A stretch of 64,000 bases of DNA from Deinococcota bacterium (GCA_041695225.1 JBGFRI010000005.1:42936-106935), one strand, 5' to 3'; numbered from the stretch's first letter, positions 21,621-33,987 are shown. Made by a program: numbers and translations. The notes: generated by a model not told the origin, from the sequence alone.

Positions 21621-22160
21621 TTAGCGACTCTGGCTTTGCTTGAAGCGCTCAATGCAGGCTCTGACCTCGGCCAACGCGCTGGCCCGGTCTTTCCAGCCGG
21701 AAACCTTCACCCACTTGCCCTTGTGGGCCTCGAGGGCCTTGTAGGTCTCGAAGAAATTCTGGATCTCCTGTTTGTGGGCAAGTGGCAGATCGGCCAGGTC
21801 CCGAATGTGATCCCAGCGGGGGTCTTCGGCTACCACGCCGATAATTTTGGCATCGCCGCCTTTTTCATCTATCATGTCCACCATACCCAGAATTCGCACA
21901 TCTACCAGCACCCCCGGCAGAACCGGGTAGGTCGAGAGGACTATGCCATCCAGCGGGTCGCCATCGTCGGCCAGGGTAGAGGGAATGAAGCCATAGTCTC
22001 CAGGGTAAAACTGCGCGGTGGGTAGCACCCGGTCTAGTTTTACTACCTCCAGGTCGGGGTCGTATTCGTATTTGTTGGCAGAGCCGCGGGGAACTTCAAT
22101 GACCATCGAGACCACATCGGGAGCCTTTTTGCCAACCGGAAGGTTTTTAAGGTTTGCCAT
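21621..22160 (-). CDS. ppa: Inorganic pyrophosphatase
   Basis: IEVPRGSANKYEYD, YPGDYGFIPSTLADDGDPLD and FFETYKALE; ATG 22160. Confidence 0.96.
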   Translation of the reverse strand: MANLKNLPVGKKAPDVVSMVIEVPRGSANKYEYDPDLEVVKLDRVLPTAQFYPGDYGFIPSTLADDGDPLDGIVLSTYPVLPGVLVDVRILGMVDMIDEKGGDAKIIGVVAEDPRWDHIRDLADLPLAHKQEIQNFFETYKALEAHKGKWVKVSGWKDRASALAEVRACIERFKQSQSR

Positions 22161-22495
22161 AGCGCACCCATTTTGACATCTGGACCACAAAAGCGATAGT
22201 TGCAGGGCAAAAGCAGCTCGAATTAGGAGTGTCTCAAGTCTCAAGTCTCAGGTCTTTCTAGCTTCCGACCTGCGACCTGCGACATCTTTATATTCATCTG
22301 GCTGCGCTAATCAACTTCAGCCTGGTCGTGATAGGCTTGACAGGCCTGAGTTCTGGCCCAGCCGCATATGCTAAGGGTAACACGAATCTTGCACACCGTA
22401 TTATGTGCTATTCAATTGCAGATTGCAGGTCTAAGGTTGCCGATCGGGCAGAGGCAGAAAACCACATCACCAGGTGACCCGGCGGAAAGGAGCAG

Positions 22496-23359
22496 GTGTT
22501 TAGGGTAGAACGGGTAAAACACCGATACCAGCGCTCGCTGCGCCTGGTAATGGTCATTCTTGGCCTTCAGCTTTCGGCTTTTGGCCTGGGCCAGTCGCTC
22601 AGCTTTGGCCTGTATGGTCGTTTGTCGCCGGATCATCTCACACCCACGCTCGAGGCCACCCTCCCGCTGGGCACTTTTGACCTGCATACCCGGTTTCAGC
22701 AGGGCGCAATGGGGGTTGGTCTGGGTAGCACCATGGGGTTTGCTGCCCTGGGGCAGGTAAGCTATGGTGTGCTTGCCAGTCTGGGCTTTGCGGGCTGGGG
22801 CCTGCAGGGCAGCGCCAGTGGAACCTTTGGGCCGTTAGCAGCCAGTATCGAGGCCCTTTATAGCAACACCCTGCGCTCCAATTTGTGGGTGGGCGACCAG
22901 GCCGAGGGCGGATTAAGGCTGGGGCTGGCAGGGCGCTACCGCCTGGCCCCCCGGCAGACCCTGGGCCTGCAACTTGGTTTCAGTCGAGACCTGCTGGGTA
23001 CGCCTCGAGGTTCCGGCGAGCTAACCTATGCGCTGCGACAGTCCCAGACCTACACCTTTGGGCTGGGGGTAGACGATTCACGCCTCTACGGCCTGCTAGG
23101 CTGGCGGGGCGAAATAGATGCTGCCGGAACCATGCTCACTACAACCCTGCGGGCCGGGCAGCTCAACCGGTTGGAAGCCGCCCTTACTGCTCCTTTGGAC
23201 CCGGAGCAATTCAACAATCTTAAGCTGCACCTAACCCTGGCCTATCCATGGGCTGCTAGCCTGGGGGTGGAGGCCCACGGCTTTCGCGCGGATGCAGCCT
23301 ACGATGGCGGGTTTTCCCTGTGGCTACGCTACCGGCTAACACCTGGAGGCAATGAATGA
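22496..23359 (+). CDS. Hypothetical exported beta-rich (outer-membrane-like) protein
   Basis: Signal-like N-terminus, Gly/aromatic alternating strands, C-terminal SLWLRYRL; coupled to the next gene; start uncertain. Confidence 0.7.
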   Translation: MFRVERVKHRYQRSLRLVMVILGLQLSAFGLGQSLSFGLYGRLSPDHLTPTLEATLPLGTFDLHTRFQQGAMGVGLGSTMGFAALGQVSYGVLASLGFAGWGLQGSASGTFGPLAASIEALYSNTLRSNLWVGDQAEGGLRLGLAGRYRLAPRQTLGLQLGFSRDLLGTPRGSGELTYALRQSQTYTFGLGVDDSRLYGLLGWRGEIDAAGTMLTTTLRAGQLNRLEAALTAPLDPEQFNNLKLHLTLAYPWAASLGVEAHGFRADAAYDGGFSLWLRYRLTPGGNE

Positions 23360-24012
23360 ATAAACTACTGGCAATAGCTGCTGTACTTTTCCTTGGCCTG
23401 GGGGTGGCCCAGACTATTCCCGAGATCACCCGTCAGGTGCAGGCCAACCTGGACCGCTCGCCCTGGGAGGCTACCATCAGCGGCAGGATACAGCTACCCG
23501 ACGGCAGCAGCCAGGAGGCCGAGTTCAGACTGCAGGTGATTCCGGGCAGGGAGCAGTTGGCTCGAGTAGAGTTCAAAAGACCCGCTGCCCTCGAGGGTAA
23601 CTTTATGGTGGTCTCGGATCGAGAAGTCTGGAACTACTTGTTCTTGACCAATCAGTTGATCATTCAGCCCAGGGCCAGGGCCCGCGTGGAGGGATTGGGG
23701 ATCAACCTGGCCGACTTGGGCGATTTTCACCAGCTCTCCGAGCGAGTCGCGCTACGGCTGGCCGGCGAACAAAACAGCCCTGCCGGAGCAGTCTGGCGCA
23801 TTACCGGCACACCACGGGATGCCACCTTGGGCTTTGCCAGCATGGAACTTCTGGTGCTCAAGTCCGACCCCCGGCCCCTCTCCATCACCCTGCGCGACAG
23901 CAGCAATAATGTGGTCAGCGAGCTACGCATGGGCGACTTCCGCCGGGCCAACCTCACCCCTCAGATGCTGCGCAGGCGGCCCGCCGACGCCGAGATACTG
24001 CGGCGTAACTGA
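23356..24012 (+). CDS. LolA-like outer-membrane lipoprotein carrier family protein
   Basis: Signal peptide; ARVEFKRP...NFMVVSDREVWNYLFLTNQLII LolA-fold pattern. Confidence 0.7.
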   Translation: MNKLLAIAAVLFLGLGVAQTIPEITRQVQANLDRSPWEATISGRIQLPDGSSQEAEFRLQVIPGREQLARVEFKRPAALEGNFMVVSDREVWNYLFLTNQLIIQPRARARVEGLGINLADLGDFHQLSERVALRLAGEQNSPAGAVWRITGTPRDATLGFASMELLVLKSDPRPLSITLRDSSNNVVSELRMGDFRRANLTPQMLRRRPADAEILRRN

Positions 24013-24454
24013 CTGCAAAGTTAGCGCTCTGGACTTGCAAGGGCGCCCGGCGCAGCGCTCGGCCTCGAGCTCATTCGTGCGGCAGGCTTTTTGTCAGGGG
24101 TAGTGTTCTCGAGCGGCCCGTCCAGGTCTGCCGCGCTTTCAGCAGGAACTTGTTGCGCCGTGCCCTTTTGCCCGAGTTTGAATTTTTGCGTCCTGAGCGG
24201 GGAGGCTAGGTTCCATCCTGTCGGGGTTTCCAGTGCCGGCGGAGGAGTTTTGGCATTAGATGGGCGCGTGTGGCAGTGTTGGGTGGTAAGGGTGGGCAAG
24301 TTTTCCACACGCTGGACGAGATCTCAGGTTCGGCCATTCCGACCCTTCAGGCGGGGGGATGCCAGCGCTCCGCAGGCTCGAGCGACTCGACGGACCCAGG
24401 TGGCTGCCGCAATCACGCGTATGCAAGCCCAGGGTGGTTGTTCGCTTTATGTAA

Positions 24455-25111
24455 TCAAAGTAGCTCGGCCAGACTAACCCGCACCACATAGCGTTTTTGC
24501 GAAGGGGTAGAAGGATATTTTTTCAACAGTTCAACCAGGTCGCGCTGAAGAGATTTGGCGTCATCGAAGCTGAGGCCGATCACAGATACCAGGCTCAGTG
24601 ATGCAGACTCTTCGGAGGAGAGAAATAGATCGATGTCAATCTTACGGCCTTGGCGATCGGCCAGATAGGAGCTAACCCGGTCACCCTCGAAATAAACCTC
24701 GAGCCCTACGCTGGTGAAGCTCCGGGTAGCTCCCCGCAAGGTTTTCAGTATTCCGGCAATAAAGGAGGCATCAAAGTGATTGAATGTTTGCTGAAGCACG
24801 CTTTCAAGCCCGGTATCACTAAGAAGTGCGATGGGGACGAAATATCTACTGGCAGTAGCCTGATAAAACTTGATGGGACTACCTTTACGCTGCTCTTCTC
24901 GCGCCACCCGAACCAGACCAAGCTGCTTCAGCCGCTTAATCCTGTAAACAGCCTGGTGGAGCCCAAGCTTTAGCCCCTTGCTGTACTGTTTTGCTGTAAG
25001 CTGCCGGTTCACCAAGGGCGCCAGATAAATGAGTTCCTTTACGTCGCTAAGAAGCCTGCCAGTGCGTGGGTCTTCTACAACCAGTGGGCTGGTGGAATTG
25101 GGGCTTTGCAT
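24455..25111 (-). CDS. Winged-HTH (ArsR-like) transcriptional regulator
   Basis: AVYRIKRLKQLGLVRVAREEQRKGSPIKFYQA; divergent from the ABC exporter; start uncertain. Confidence 0.7.
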   Translation of the reverse strand: MQSPNSTSPLVVEDPRTGRLLSDVKELIYLAPLVNRQLTAKQYSKGLKLGLHQAVYRIKRLKQLGLVRVAREEQRKGSPIKFYQATASRYFVPIALLSDTGLESVLQQTFNHFDASFIAGILKTLRGATRSFTSVGLEVYFEGDRVSSYLADRQGRKIDIDLFLSSEESASLSLVSVIGLSFDDAKSLQRDLVELLKKYPSTPSQKRYVVRVSLAELL

Positions 25112-25189
25112 TTACACCAGATTAGGCCCAACATCCAGTCTCATGGGGACCAAAACCACACTTCGGCTGCCCTGGAAAGGAACAAGATC

Positions 25190-26194
25190 ATGATTGGAAC
25201 ACCTGCGAGTGCTGGTCAGACTGGCTGCTGGAACAATCCCCCAGTTGAAACCGGGGAGAGCAAAAAGGTTTTGCTGTCCGCCCAGGGTCTGGTAAAAACC
25301 TACCGTCATGGCCGGGTTGTACAGGCGGTACAGGGGGTCTCCCTTCGCCTGGTTGCAGCAGAGGTACTGGCGTTCTTAGGGCCTAATGGGGCGGGCAAAA
25401 GCACCTGTATCAAGATGCTGGCCGGTCTAGTTGAGCCCGATGGTGGGGAAATTGAAGTTCTGGGTCAGAGGCTTGCCCGTAATCCAGGGATCAAGCGGGA
25501 AATTGGGGTGGTGCTGGAAGGCAACCGAAACCTGTACTGGCGAATGACTCCACTGGAGAACCTTATATATTTCGGAAGACTGCGTGGTATAGGCTACAAA
25601 GAAGCCAGAAGGCGCAGTATCGAGCTCCTCGAGCGGCTGGACCTTTCAGAAAAGAGAAATTCTCTGGTTCAGCAGCTATCGAGGGGAATGCAGCAGAAAG
25701 TGGCTATAGCAGCGGCTTTGGTGCATAACCCTCGCATTTTACTGCTCGACGAGCCAGCTTTGGGTCTGGATGTGGTGGGCGCCGAAAGTTTGAAGCGAAT
25801 TCTGCGCGAACTGACTGCCGAGGGTCGGGCGGTTCTAATCGCTACCCATCAACTAGACATCGCTGAAGCGCTGGCTAACAAAGTAGTTGTTCTTAATAAA
25901 GGCTGCCTTGTGGCGGACGCAAAGCTAAACGAGCTAATTGCCCGCTTCTCCAGGGAGGTTTTCGAAATTGAGGTAGGCGAGACGCTGTCACCCGAAGTTA
26001 CCAGCAAGCTCGAGGCAGCCGGGGCGCTGGTCGAGCAACAAATTATCAGTGCGCCGGGCGAGTTTGCGGATATTTGGCCGGTGCTGGCCCTGGTAAAAGA
26101 CCTGAGAGTGACAAGGGTAGAAAGGGCTCGAGCCAGCCTAAGCGGGGTGTATCTGAAGTTGCTGGGAGGCGAAGATGTTTCGGCTCGTCCATAA
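25190..26194 (+). CDS. ABC exporter ATP-binding protein
   Basis: GPNGAGKST, LSRGMQQK, LLLDEP and H-loop; start uncertain (ORF opens at 25106). Confidence 0.9.
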   Translation: MIGTPASAGQTGCWNNPPVETGESKKVLLSAQGLVKTYRHGRVVQAVQGVSLRLVAAEVLAFLGPNGAGKSTCIKMLAGLVEPDGGEIEVLGQRLARNPGIKREIGVVLEGNRNLYWRMTPLENLIYFGRLRGIGYKEARRRSIELLERLDLSEKRNSLVQQLSRGMQQKVAIAAALVHNPRILLLDEPALGLDVVGAESLKRILRELTAEGRAVLIATHQLDIAEALANKVVVLNKGCLVADAKLNELIARFSREVFEIEVGETLSPEVTSKLEAAGALVEQQIISAPGEFADIWPVLALVKDLRVTRVERARASLSGVYLKLLGGEDVSARP

Positions 26195-26948
26195 CGAATT
26201 CTTGCGTACCTCCATTGTCTTCAGACGCTACTTTGGTGAGTCGCTGAGCGGGCTGCTGGTTCTGACTCTTATTTTTTATGGTATTTTTCTGGGTTCAACC
26301 TACCTGGCTGGCCCTGTAGCCCAGTTTGGCAATCGGCTGGAGTCGCTGGTGGTTGGGTTTATTGCCTGGACTCTATTCATAATTGCCTTTTCCGGTATCG
26401 GCAATGGCATCTCGGAAGAAGCGCAAACAGGCGTACTGGAGCAAGTTTTTATGGCAGCCCACCCGCCTTTGGTTGTTTTCTTAGCCCGTGCTTTGGCTGC
26501 GCTTTTATTTGTTCTCATACTCAACTCGCTGGTGCTCGCAATTCTGGTTTTATTAACAGGGGTAAAACTCCAGCTGCCCTGGGAAATTGTTCCAGTGGTA
26601 GCGACTGTCCTACTCGCGGCCTATGGTCTGGGTTTCATGCTGGGAGCAGTAGCCCTGGTATGGAAAAGGATTACTCAGCTCATCAGCCTGCTCCAGTTTG
26701 CCCTCCTGTTTGTCCTGGTGACTCCATTTGAGCAATTAAATCTCGCCAGTAACTGGGTTTTATACGTGTTACCCGCAGCCCCGGGAGTTAGCCAGATGCG
26801 GGAGATCATGGCCCGTGGCGAACCATTGGAAATTGCAGGTTTATTGGTTTCTGCAGTAAACGGAGCGGCCTTCTTCGCTCTTGGTGCACTGCTATTCAAC
26901 TGGTCGGTGAGGTATGTACGAAAGAAGGGGCTCACGAGCGGCTACTAA
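26175..26948 (+). CDS. ABC-2 type permease
   Basis: About six hydrophobic segments and EEAQTGVLEQVF; overlaps the ATPase gene. Confidence 0.88.
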   Translation: MFRLVHNEFLRTSIVFRRYFGESLSGLLVLTLIFYGIFLGSTYLAGPVAQFGNRLESLVVGFIAWTLFIIAFSGIGNGISEEAQTGVLEQVFMAAHPPLVVFLARALAALLFVLILNSLVLAILVLLTGVKLQLPWEIVPVVATVLLAAYGLGFMLGAVALVWKRITQLISLLQFALLFVLVTPFEQLNLASNWVLYVLPAAPGVSQMREIMARGEPLEIAGLLVSAVNGAAFFALGALLFNWSVRYVRKKGLTSGY

Positions 26949-27025
26949 CCGCAAACCAGTGGATTTGGCTACCTGAAGCCTCTGCTTGAAGCCGGCCTCG
27001 CGAATGATCTCGCCCTTGGTTCTAC

Positions 27026-27320
27026 CCTACCAAGAAACTCCCTTCCGTTTTGGCGCCAAGGGTGCATACAGCTCATAGAAAACTCCCTTCCTACGGGGCT
27101 CTTTCACCCCCTTACTAAGGGGGGTTGGGGGGATCGGGAGGGTGGGTACGGTGATTTATAGAGCCTGCGATACCGCTGCAAGTTTTCCCTGGAACAATCC
27201 CCCGGCTTGCTGACGCTCGCCACCCCCCTTGTTAGGGGGGGCATCCCCAGGTCGCAAAAACCTGCCAAGAAACTCCCTTGGGTTTGGTCGCCACAGGTAC
27301 GCGGGGCTCATGGAAAACTC
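27026..27320 (-). repeat. ~300-bp dispersed non-coding element, copy 2
   Basis: Reverse complement of 3245-3543; internal repeats at 27026-27084 and 27261-27319. Confidence 0.85.
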
Positions 27321-27394
27321 ACTTGACCATCCAGCACCCCGACGGACACCGCCTGGCCCTGAGAGGTTACGCCTGACAAAACACTTCTGCAAGG

Positions 27395-29422
<2,028 letters not shown>

Positions 29423-29554
29423 TCATAGGTAGCATGACTGATAAAAAAGCCCAGAATAGTCGCCAGAGGGGTTGTTTTATCGGTTTAGCACAGGTTTGTG
29501 CAGAAGTGCCTTGAATGGTGGCGTCAGTCCTAATTCCGATGGAAGCAAAATGCC

Positions 29555-30472
29555 CTAGCGCTTGATCGAACCCACCGCGCTGATGGCCTGCTCGCTCGAG
29601 CCGGTATTCAGGCGCAAGCGTTTGCCCAGTTCTCGCCACCAGATATACGCTGGGCTGTCGAGGCGTTTGACCTGCTCCAGGTCGGCATCCCGTCGCCACA
29701 GCTTGAGCCGCAACAAAAACAGATTCAAGAAGAGATCGCGGTACTCCGCACTCGCACGCCCCATGTGAAAGTGGAAACGCAGCCCCCGGTGCTGAGAGAA
29801 AGAGATGATCATGGGCACCCCCTCGGGGCCTTCGACTGGAATTTCCACACTGCTGTCGGAGAAGGTCGAGGCGGTGAACTCGTACTCCTCCTGGATCATG
29901 CCCAGTTCGCGCAGCACCAGGGCAAAGGCCCGCATCTCGAGCCCGTTGATCTCGCGGTAGATACGATCGATCAGGTCGAAGGTTGAGCTGTAATGAAACT
30001 GCTCCCCGGACTCTCGGGCCCACCACATAGCGTACTGGCCCTTGGGCGGGCTTAGCGCAGCCTGGATGTAGAGCCGGTCCCGATGGGTAACCGGCTCTAT
30101 GGCCTCGGGGTAAATGGCCAGCAGATCGTCGGTGCTATAGAAGACCGGGCGGATGCGCCCCCATTTCTGGGCCAGCTCCTGCACGGCCACATAGTGGGCG
30201 GCGGCTTTTTCATCGGGGATCGGGTAGAAAAAGAGTTCATATTCGCCGTCCTCGGCCCGCACCCGCAGCGGAATTTCCAGCACCCCTTCTCTGGTCAGGC
30301 GCAGCACATCGGCCTCGAGCACCTGGATGCCCGAGTTATGAAAGACCGTCTCCACCGTGGTAGCAAAGATCAGGTGATTGGCCGTCCTGGCCTCGGGCGC
30401 CCGGCTGGTAATCAGACCCTCGAGCCTAACCTGGGGCCAGTGATCTGGGGCGTTGGTATATAGCTCTGGCAT
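29555..30472 (-). CDS. Hypothetical protein
   Basis: 305-aa ORF with host-like codon usage and a GAGGGG RBS; no motif recognised. Confidence 0.8.
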   Translation of the reverse strand: MPELYTNAPDHWPQVRLEGLITSRAPEARTANHLIFATTVETVFHNSGIQVLEADVLRLTREGVLEIPLRVRAEDGEYELFFYPIPDEKAAAHYVAVQELAQKWGRIRPVFYSTDDLLAIYPEAIEPVTHRDRLYIQAALSPPKGQYAMWWARESGEQFHYSSTFDLIDRIYREINGLEMRAFALVLRELGMIQEEYEFTASTFSDSSVEIPVEGPEGVPMIISFSQHRGLRFHFHMGRASAEYRDLFLNLFLLRLKLWRRDADLEQVKRLDSPAYIWWRELGKRLRLNTGSSEQAISAVGSIKR

Positions 30473-30725
30473 CTCCCCTCAGGCACCATATTAGCCAGGT
30501 TCCTACCGGCTTCCTGTGACATTTGAGAACTGCCGGGTTGGTCTGGGAGTATCCCCCTGTTGGCGGTGGTTGTAGATTATCGCTCAGTAAAGAACCAGCT
30601 GGCGTAGTACGCACGCCCCTCGATAAATACACGGTGGGGTACACGGCCCGGCTCATTCGCATGGTCTAAGACTTCCATGGTGTGGAAAGCGATCTATTTG
30701 CAGCCGCTGCCGTCAGCCAGGCCCC

Positions 30726-30765
30726 TAGGCGAGTCGCTTACGCGATTCCGGCAAAGCCGTAACCT
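30726..30765 (+). mobile_element. 40-bp miniature element, intergenic copy
   Basis: TAGGCGAGTCGCTTACGCGATTCCGGCAAAGCCGTAACCT, identical to the reverse complement of 56368-56407. Confidence 0.8.
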
Positions 30766-30777
30766 AGTGCTACTGGC

Positions 30778-30808
30778 TGGTCTTCCCATGACATATCAGG
30801 AATAGGCT
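30778..30808 (+). promoter_or_regulatory. Putative Pho-box promoter
   Basis: TGGTC-N6-TGACA-N9-TAGGCT, 28 nt before ATG 30837. Confidence 0.55.
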
Positions 30809-30836
30809 TTCGTGGAGTTAGGCCTCGAGGTTACCC

Positions 30837-31670
30837 ATGAACGAAACCACTGCCAAGCAGTCTGCACCTCTGTTGGGTGCAGCCATGCCCATTCGCTCAA
30901 TCGCCGCTCACCGCGACTGGCTGCTGGAGGAAGGCGGGCGCGACCTGGAGATACAGGACAGTTTTCATGCACGGGCGCTGGACAGCGACTGGGCGCCACT
31001 GGTAGCCCAGGCCAGGACTGCGCTGGACGGTTATGCCGGGAGGCTGGGCATCCACGGCCCCTACGACGGCCTGTCCATTGCCAGCACCGACCCGGCGGTA
31101 CAGCAGTTTGTGGCGGGGCGCTACCTGAGGGCGCTGGAGTTTGCCGCGGCGCTGGGTGCAACTCACATGGTAATCCACAGCCCCTTCTTGTTTTTTGGTC
31201 ATCCACAGGTGGCTCACTCACCGGAAAACGGGCTGGCGCAGGAGCTCGAGGCCGCCCATCAGACCCTGGCCAGCGTACTCTCGGTAGCCAGCGGCCTGGG
31301 CCTGACCCTGGTGATTGAGAACATCTGCGACACCAACCCCGCCCCCCTGCTGGAGCTGGTGCGCTCCTTTGACTCCCCCTGGGTTCGGCTCGGCCTGGAT
31401 GTCGGACATGTACATCTGATGCAGCGCATTGGCGGCCCCACCCCCGACGCATGGGTGCGCCAGGCCCGGAGCCTGTTGGGGCACCTGCACCTGCAAGACA
31501 ACGATGGAACCTACGACTATCACTGGAACCCGGGCCAGGGCGGGGTCAACTGGTGGGCATTGTTCGCTGCACTGGCCGAGACTGCTGGCGCCCCCCGGCT
31601 CATCCTGGAAACCAAAGGCTCGGTGCTACCTGCTGCACACTGGCTGGCCAGGCAGGGCTTTGCTCGCTAA
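30837..31670 (+). CDS. Sugar phosphate isomerase/epimerase (AP endonuclease 2 TIM barrel) family protein
   Basis: GIHGP, LVIEN, LDVGH, HLHLQDNDG..DYHW and ILE metal-binding motifs. Confidence 0.88.
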   Translation: MNETTAKQSAPLLGAAMPIRSIAAHRDWLLEEGGRDLEIQDSFHARALDSDWAPLVAQARTALDGYAGRLGIHGPYDGLSIASTDPAVQQFVAGRYLRALEFAAALGATHMVIHSPFLFFGHPQVAHSPENGLAQELEAAHQTLASVLSVASGLGLTLVIENICDTNPAPLLELVRSFDSPWVRLGLDVGHVHLMQRIGGPTPDAWVRQARSLLGHLHLQDNDGTYDYHWNPGQGGVNWWALFAALAETAGAPRLILETKGSVLPAAHWLARQGFAR

Positions 31671-31770
31671 GGCATTCAGGACCAAGGCGGGCCGGATGCC
31701 AGGACCAGGGGAAAAGTGGTCAGACGGTTGCGATTTCTCTGTCCTGACGCAGCACAGGTCTGGCCTGCGC

Positions 31771-31803
31771 TGACCGCTGCTTGACACAGGCAAAATATAC
31801 ATT
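31771..31803 (+). promoter_or_regulatory. Putative Pho-box promoter of the phnG operon
   Basis: TGACC-N6-TGACA followed by AT-rich TATACATT (-10 spacing of 9-11 nt). Confidence 0.5.
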
Positions 31804-31918
31804 GGTCTGTGCAGATATTAGCCAGCCGGAAGCCCGGCGCTCAGGGCCCGGAGTATACCCAGTATCCCGAACCATTCGCCGGCCAGCAAGACTCAACCAG
31901 CCCCTGTGGAGGTTTGCC

Positions 31919-32353
31919 GTGGCAGAGGCGCTAGACCAGGGCGCTATCCTGAGCCTGCTTTGCCGGGCGCCCGCACCGGCGGTAAAAGCTCTGGCCGATC
32001 AGATCCTGCCCACCCTGGCCCAGCAGGGCAGCCTCGAGGTGGTGCATAACCGCACCGGGCTGGTCATGCTGCCCTACCGCGATACCGTTCAGGGGGTCTT
32101 GTTTCACCTGGGCGAGGCGCTGATGGCCGAGGGACAGGTGCGGCAGGCCGGGTTTACCGGCTACGGGGCATGTCTGGGACGCGATCTGGAACAGGCCCTG
32201 GCGGTGGCACTGCTCGATCTGGCCGTGCAGCAGGGGGTGGGCCTGGACAAAATTCAGCCCTTTCTGGCCGAGGAGTCGCTGCGCCAGCAGGCCGAGCAAG
32301 ACCAGTTGCTGCGCAAGGTAGAAGCTACCCGGGTGCAGATGGAGACCTTCTGA
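31919..32353 (+). CDS. phnG: C-P lyase subunit PhnG
   Basis: TGLVML..FHLGEALM..G..LGRD..ALAVALLD...KVEATRVQM; GTG after GGAGG. Confidence 0.88.
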   Translation: MAEALDQGAILSLLCRAPAPAVKALADQILPTLAQQGSLEVVHNRTGLVMLPYRDTVQGVLFHLGEALMAEGQVRQAGFTGYGACLGRDLEQALAVALLDLAVQQGVGLDKIQPFLAEESLRQQAEQDQLLRKVEATRVQMETF

Positions 32354-32892
32354 TGGCCCCTGTCCAGACCCCCCTCGAGGCCCGCACCCAGGCCAGCTTC
32401 CGCGCCATGACGCAGGCCCTGGCCTACCCCGGCCAGCTTTTTCCGCTGCCCGAAAGCCCCCAGCCACTGTTTTTGCTGGGCGAGGTGCTGGCCGACCAGG
32501 AGACCCGCTGCTACACCCCCGATACCGACTTACTGCGGTTGCTGCGGGATACCGGGGCGCGCCTGGCAGAACCGGCGGAGGCCGACTACCTCTTCTTCCC
32601 CAGGGTGGAGGAGGCCAGCCTGGCCCAGATTGCCCTGGCCCGGCGTGGCGAGCTGCTCTACCCCGACCGCGCCGCCACCCTGGTGCTGGGCGTGAGCGCC
32701 AGCGGCCCGGCCCGTCGCTGGTCTGGTCCTGGCATCAAAGGGGAGCAGCTGGTCAGGCTGGGTGGGCTGCCCGAAGAATTCTGGCGACTGCGCCAGCAGG
32801 CCGTGCACTACCCGCTGGGCTGGGATGTGTTTTTTGTGCTGGGAAGCCAGGTGCTGGGGCTGCCCCGCACCACCAGCGTGGAGGTGAGCTAG
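32353..32892 (+). CDS. phnH: C-P lyase subunit PhnH
   Basis: QASFRAMTQALAYPG, LADQET, GELLYPDRAATL, GPGI, YPLGWD and GLPRTT. Confidence 0.92.
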   Translation: MAPVQTPLEARTQASFRAMTQALAYPGQLFPLPESPQPLFLLGEVLADQETRCYTPDTDLLRLLRDTGARLAEPAEADYLFFPRVEEASLAQIALARRGELLYPDRAATLVLGVSASGPARRWSGPGIKGEQLVRLGGLPEEFWRLRQQAVHYPLGWDVFFVLGSQVLGLPRTTSVEVS

Positions 32893-33987
32893 ATGGCCTA
32901 TGTTGCAGCCAGAGGCGGTGAGCAGGCCATCCAGGAAGCCGAGCGGCTTTTCGCCGAGCTACGGGGCGGGCTGAGCCCGGGGCGGGTTTTGGCCGTGCAA
33001 GAAGCCCTGCCTTACCTGCTAGACCGGGTGATGGGCGAGGCCTCGCTTTATGCCCCCGAGCTGGCCGCCCTGGCCCTGGCCCAGACTGGGGGCGAGCTTT
33101 ACGAAGCGGTGCTGCTGCTGCGGGCCTACCGCACCACCCAGCCCCGCCTGGGCTATGCCCAGCCGGTGGAGCAGGACCAGCTTCTCACCCTGCGCCGCAT
33201 CTCGGCCGCCTTCAAAGACCTGCCAGGTGGGCAGGTGCTGGGCCCTACCCTGGACTACTCCCACCGGGTCTTGCGGCTGGAGGTGGTCAAAAACGGTGCA
33301 ACCCTGCTCGAGCAGGCTAGTCTGGCCCAGCAGCCCGCCCCGCCCCATTACCCGGCCCTGGCGGCCTGGCAGCGCCAGGCCGGCCTCTTGCCCGCCCACA
33401 CGCCCGATCAGACCCCGCTGGACGAGATACCCGACCTGACCCGCGAGCCGCTCTTGTTCCCGGCGCCCAGAGCCCATCAGCTTCAAGGGCTGGCCCGGGG
33501 CGATACCGGCGGCATTCTGACCCTGGGCTACGCCGATATGCGCGGCTACGGCATCAGCCACCCCACCATCAACGAGGTAAGGCTGGGCGAAGCCGAGGTG
33601 CGGCTCTGCCACCCTGGCACCGGGTCAGTTTTCAGCGCGGGGCGGGTACGGGTCTCGCAGGCCGAGATTGTGAGCAAGTTTGCCGGCTCTGCCGAGAAGC
33701 CCGAGCTCGAGCTGGGCTTTGCCGCTACCCTGGGCTGGAACGAGGTCAAGGTAATTGCCGCGGCCATGCTCGAGCTGAACATGCGCTCCCCCGAGCCGCA
33801 CCCCGCCCATACTGCCGAGTTTGTGCTCTACCACACCGAGCCGGTAGAGGCCTCGGGCTTCTGTATCCACTACAAACTGCCGCACTACGTGACCTTCCAG
33901 TCGGCCCTCGAGGCCATGCGCCGGGTGCGCGAGCAGCCCGGGCCACCGCAGCAGGCCCAGGAAGAGCCCCAGGAGGTAGAGCCATGA
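32893..33987 (+). CDS. phnI: C-P lyase subunit PhnI
   Basis: YVAARGGEQAI, LLRAYRTT, RRISAAFKDLPGGQVLGPTLDYSHR and HYKLPHYVTF. Confidence 0.95.
   Translation: MAYVAARGGEQAIQEAERLFAELRGGLSPGRVLAVQEALPYLLDRVMGEASLYAPELAALALAQTGGELYEAVLLLRAYRTTQPRLGYAQPVEQDQLLTLRRISAAFKDLPGGQVLGPTLDYSHRVLRLEVVKNGATLLEQASLAQQPAPPHYPALAAWQRQAGLLPAHTPDQTPLDEIPDLTREPLLFPAPRAHQLQGLARGDTGGILTLGYADMRGYGISHPTINEVRLGEAEVRLCHPGTGSVFSAGRVRVSQAEIVSKFAGSAEKPELELGFAATLGWNEVKVIAAAMLELNMRSPEPHPAHTAEFVLYHTEPVEASGFCIHYKLPHYVTFQSALEAMRRVREQPGPPQQAQEEPQEVEP

Noticed and set aside
22377..22450. Cyclic-di-GMP-I riboswitch (GGTAAC...GGTCTAAG...GTTGCC)
   Set aside because: Lacks the GGCAAAC/GNRA and GACGCAAAG core; the resemblance is partial
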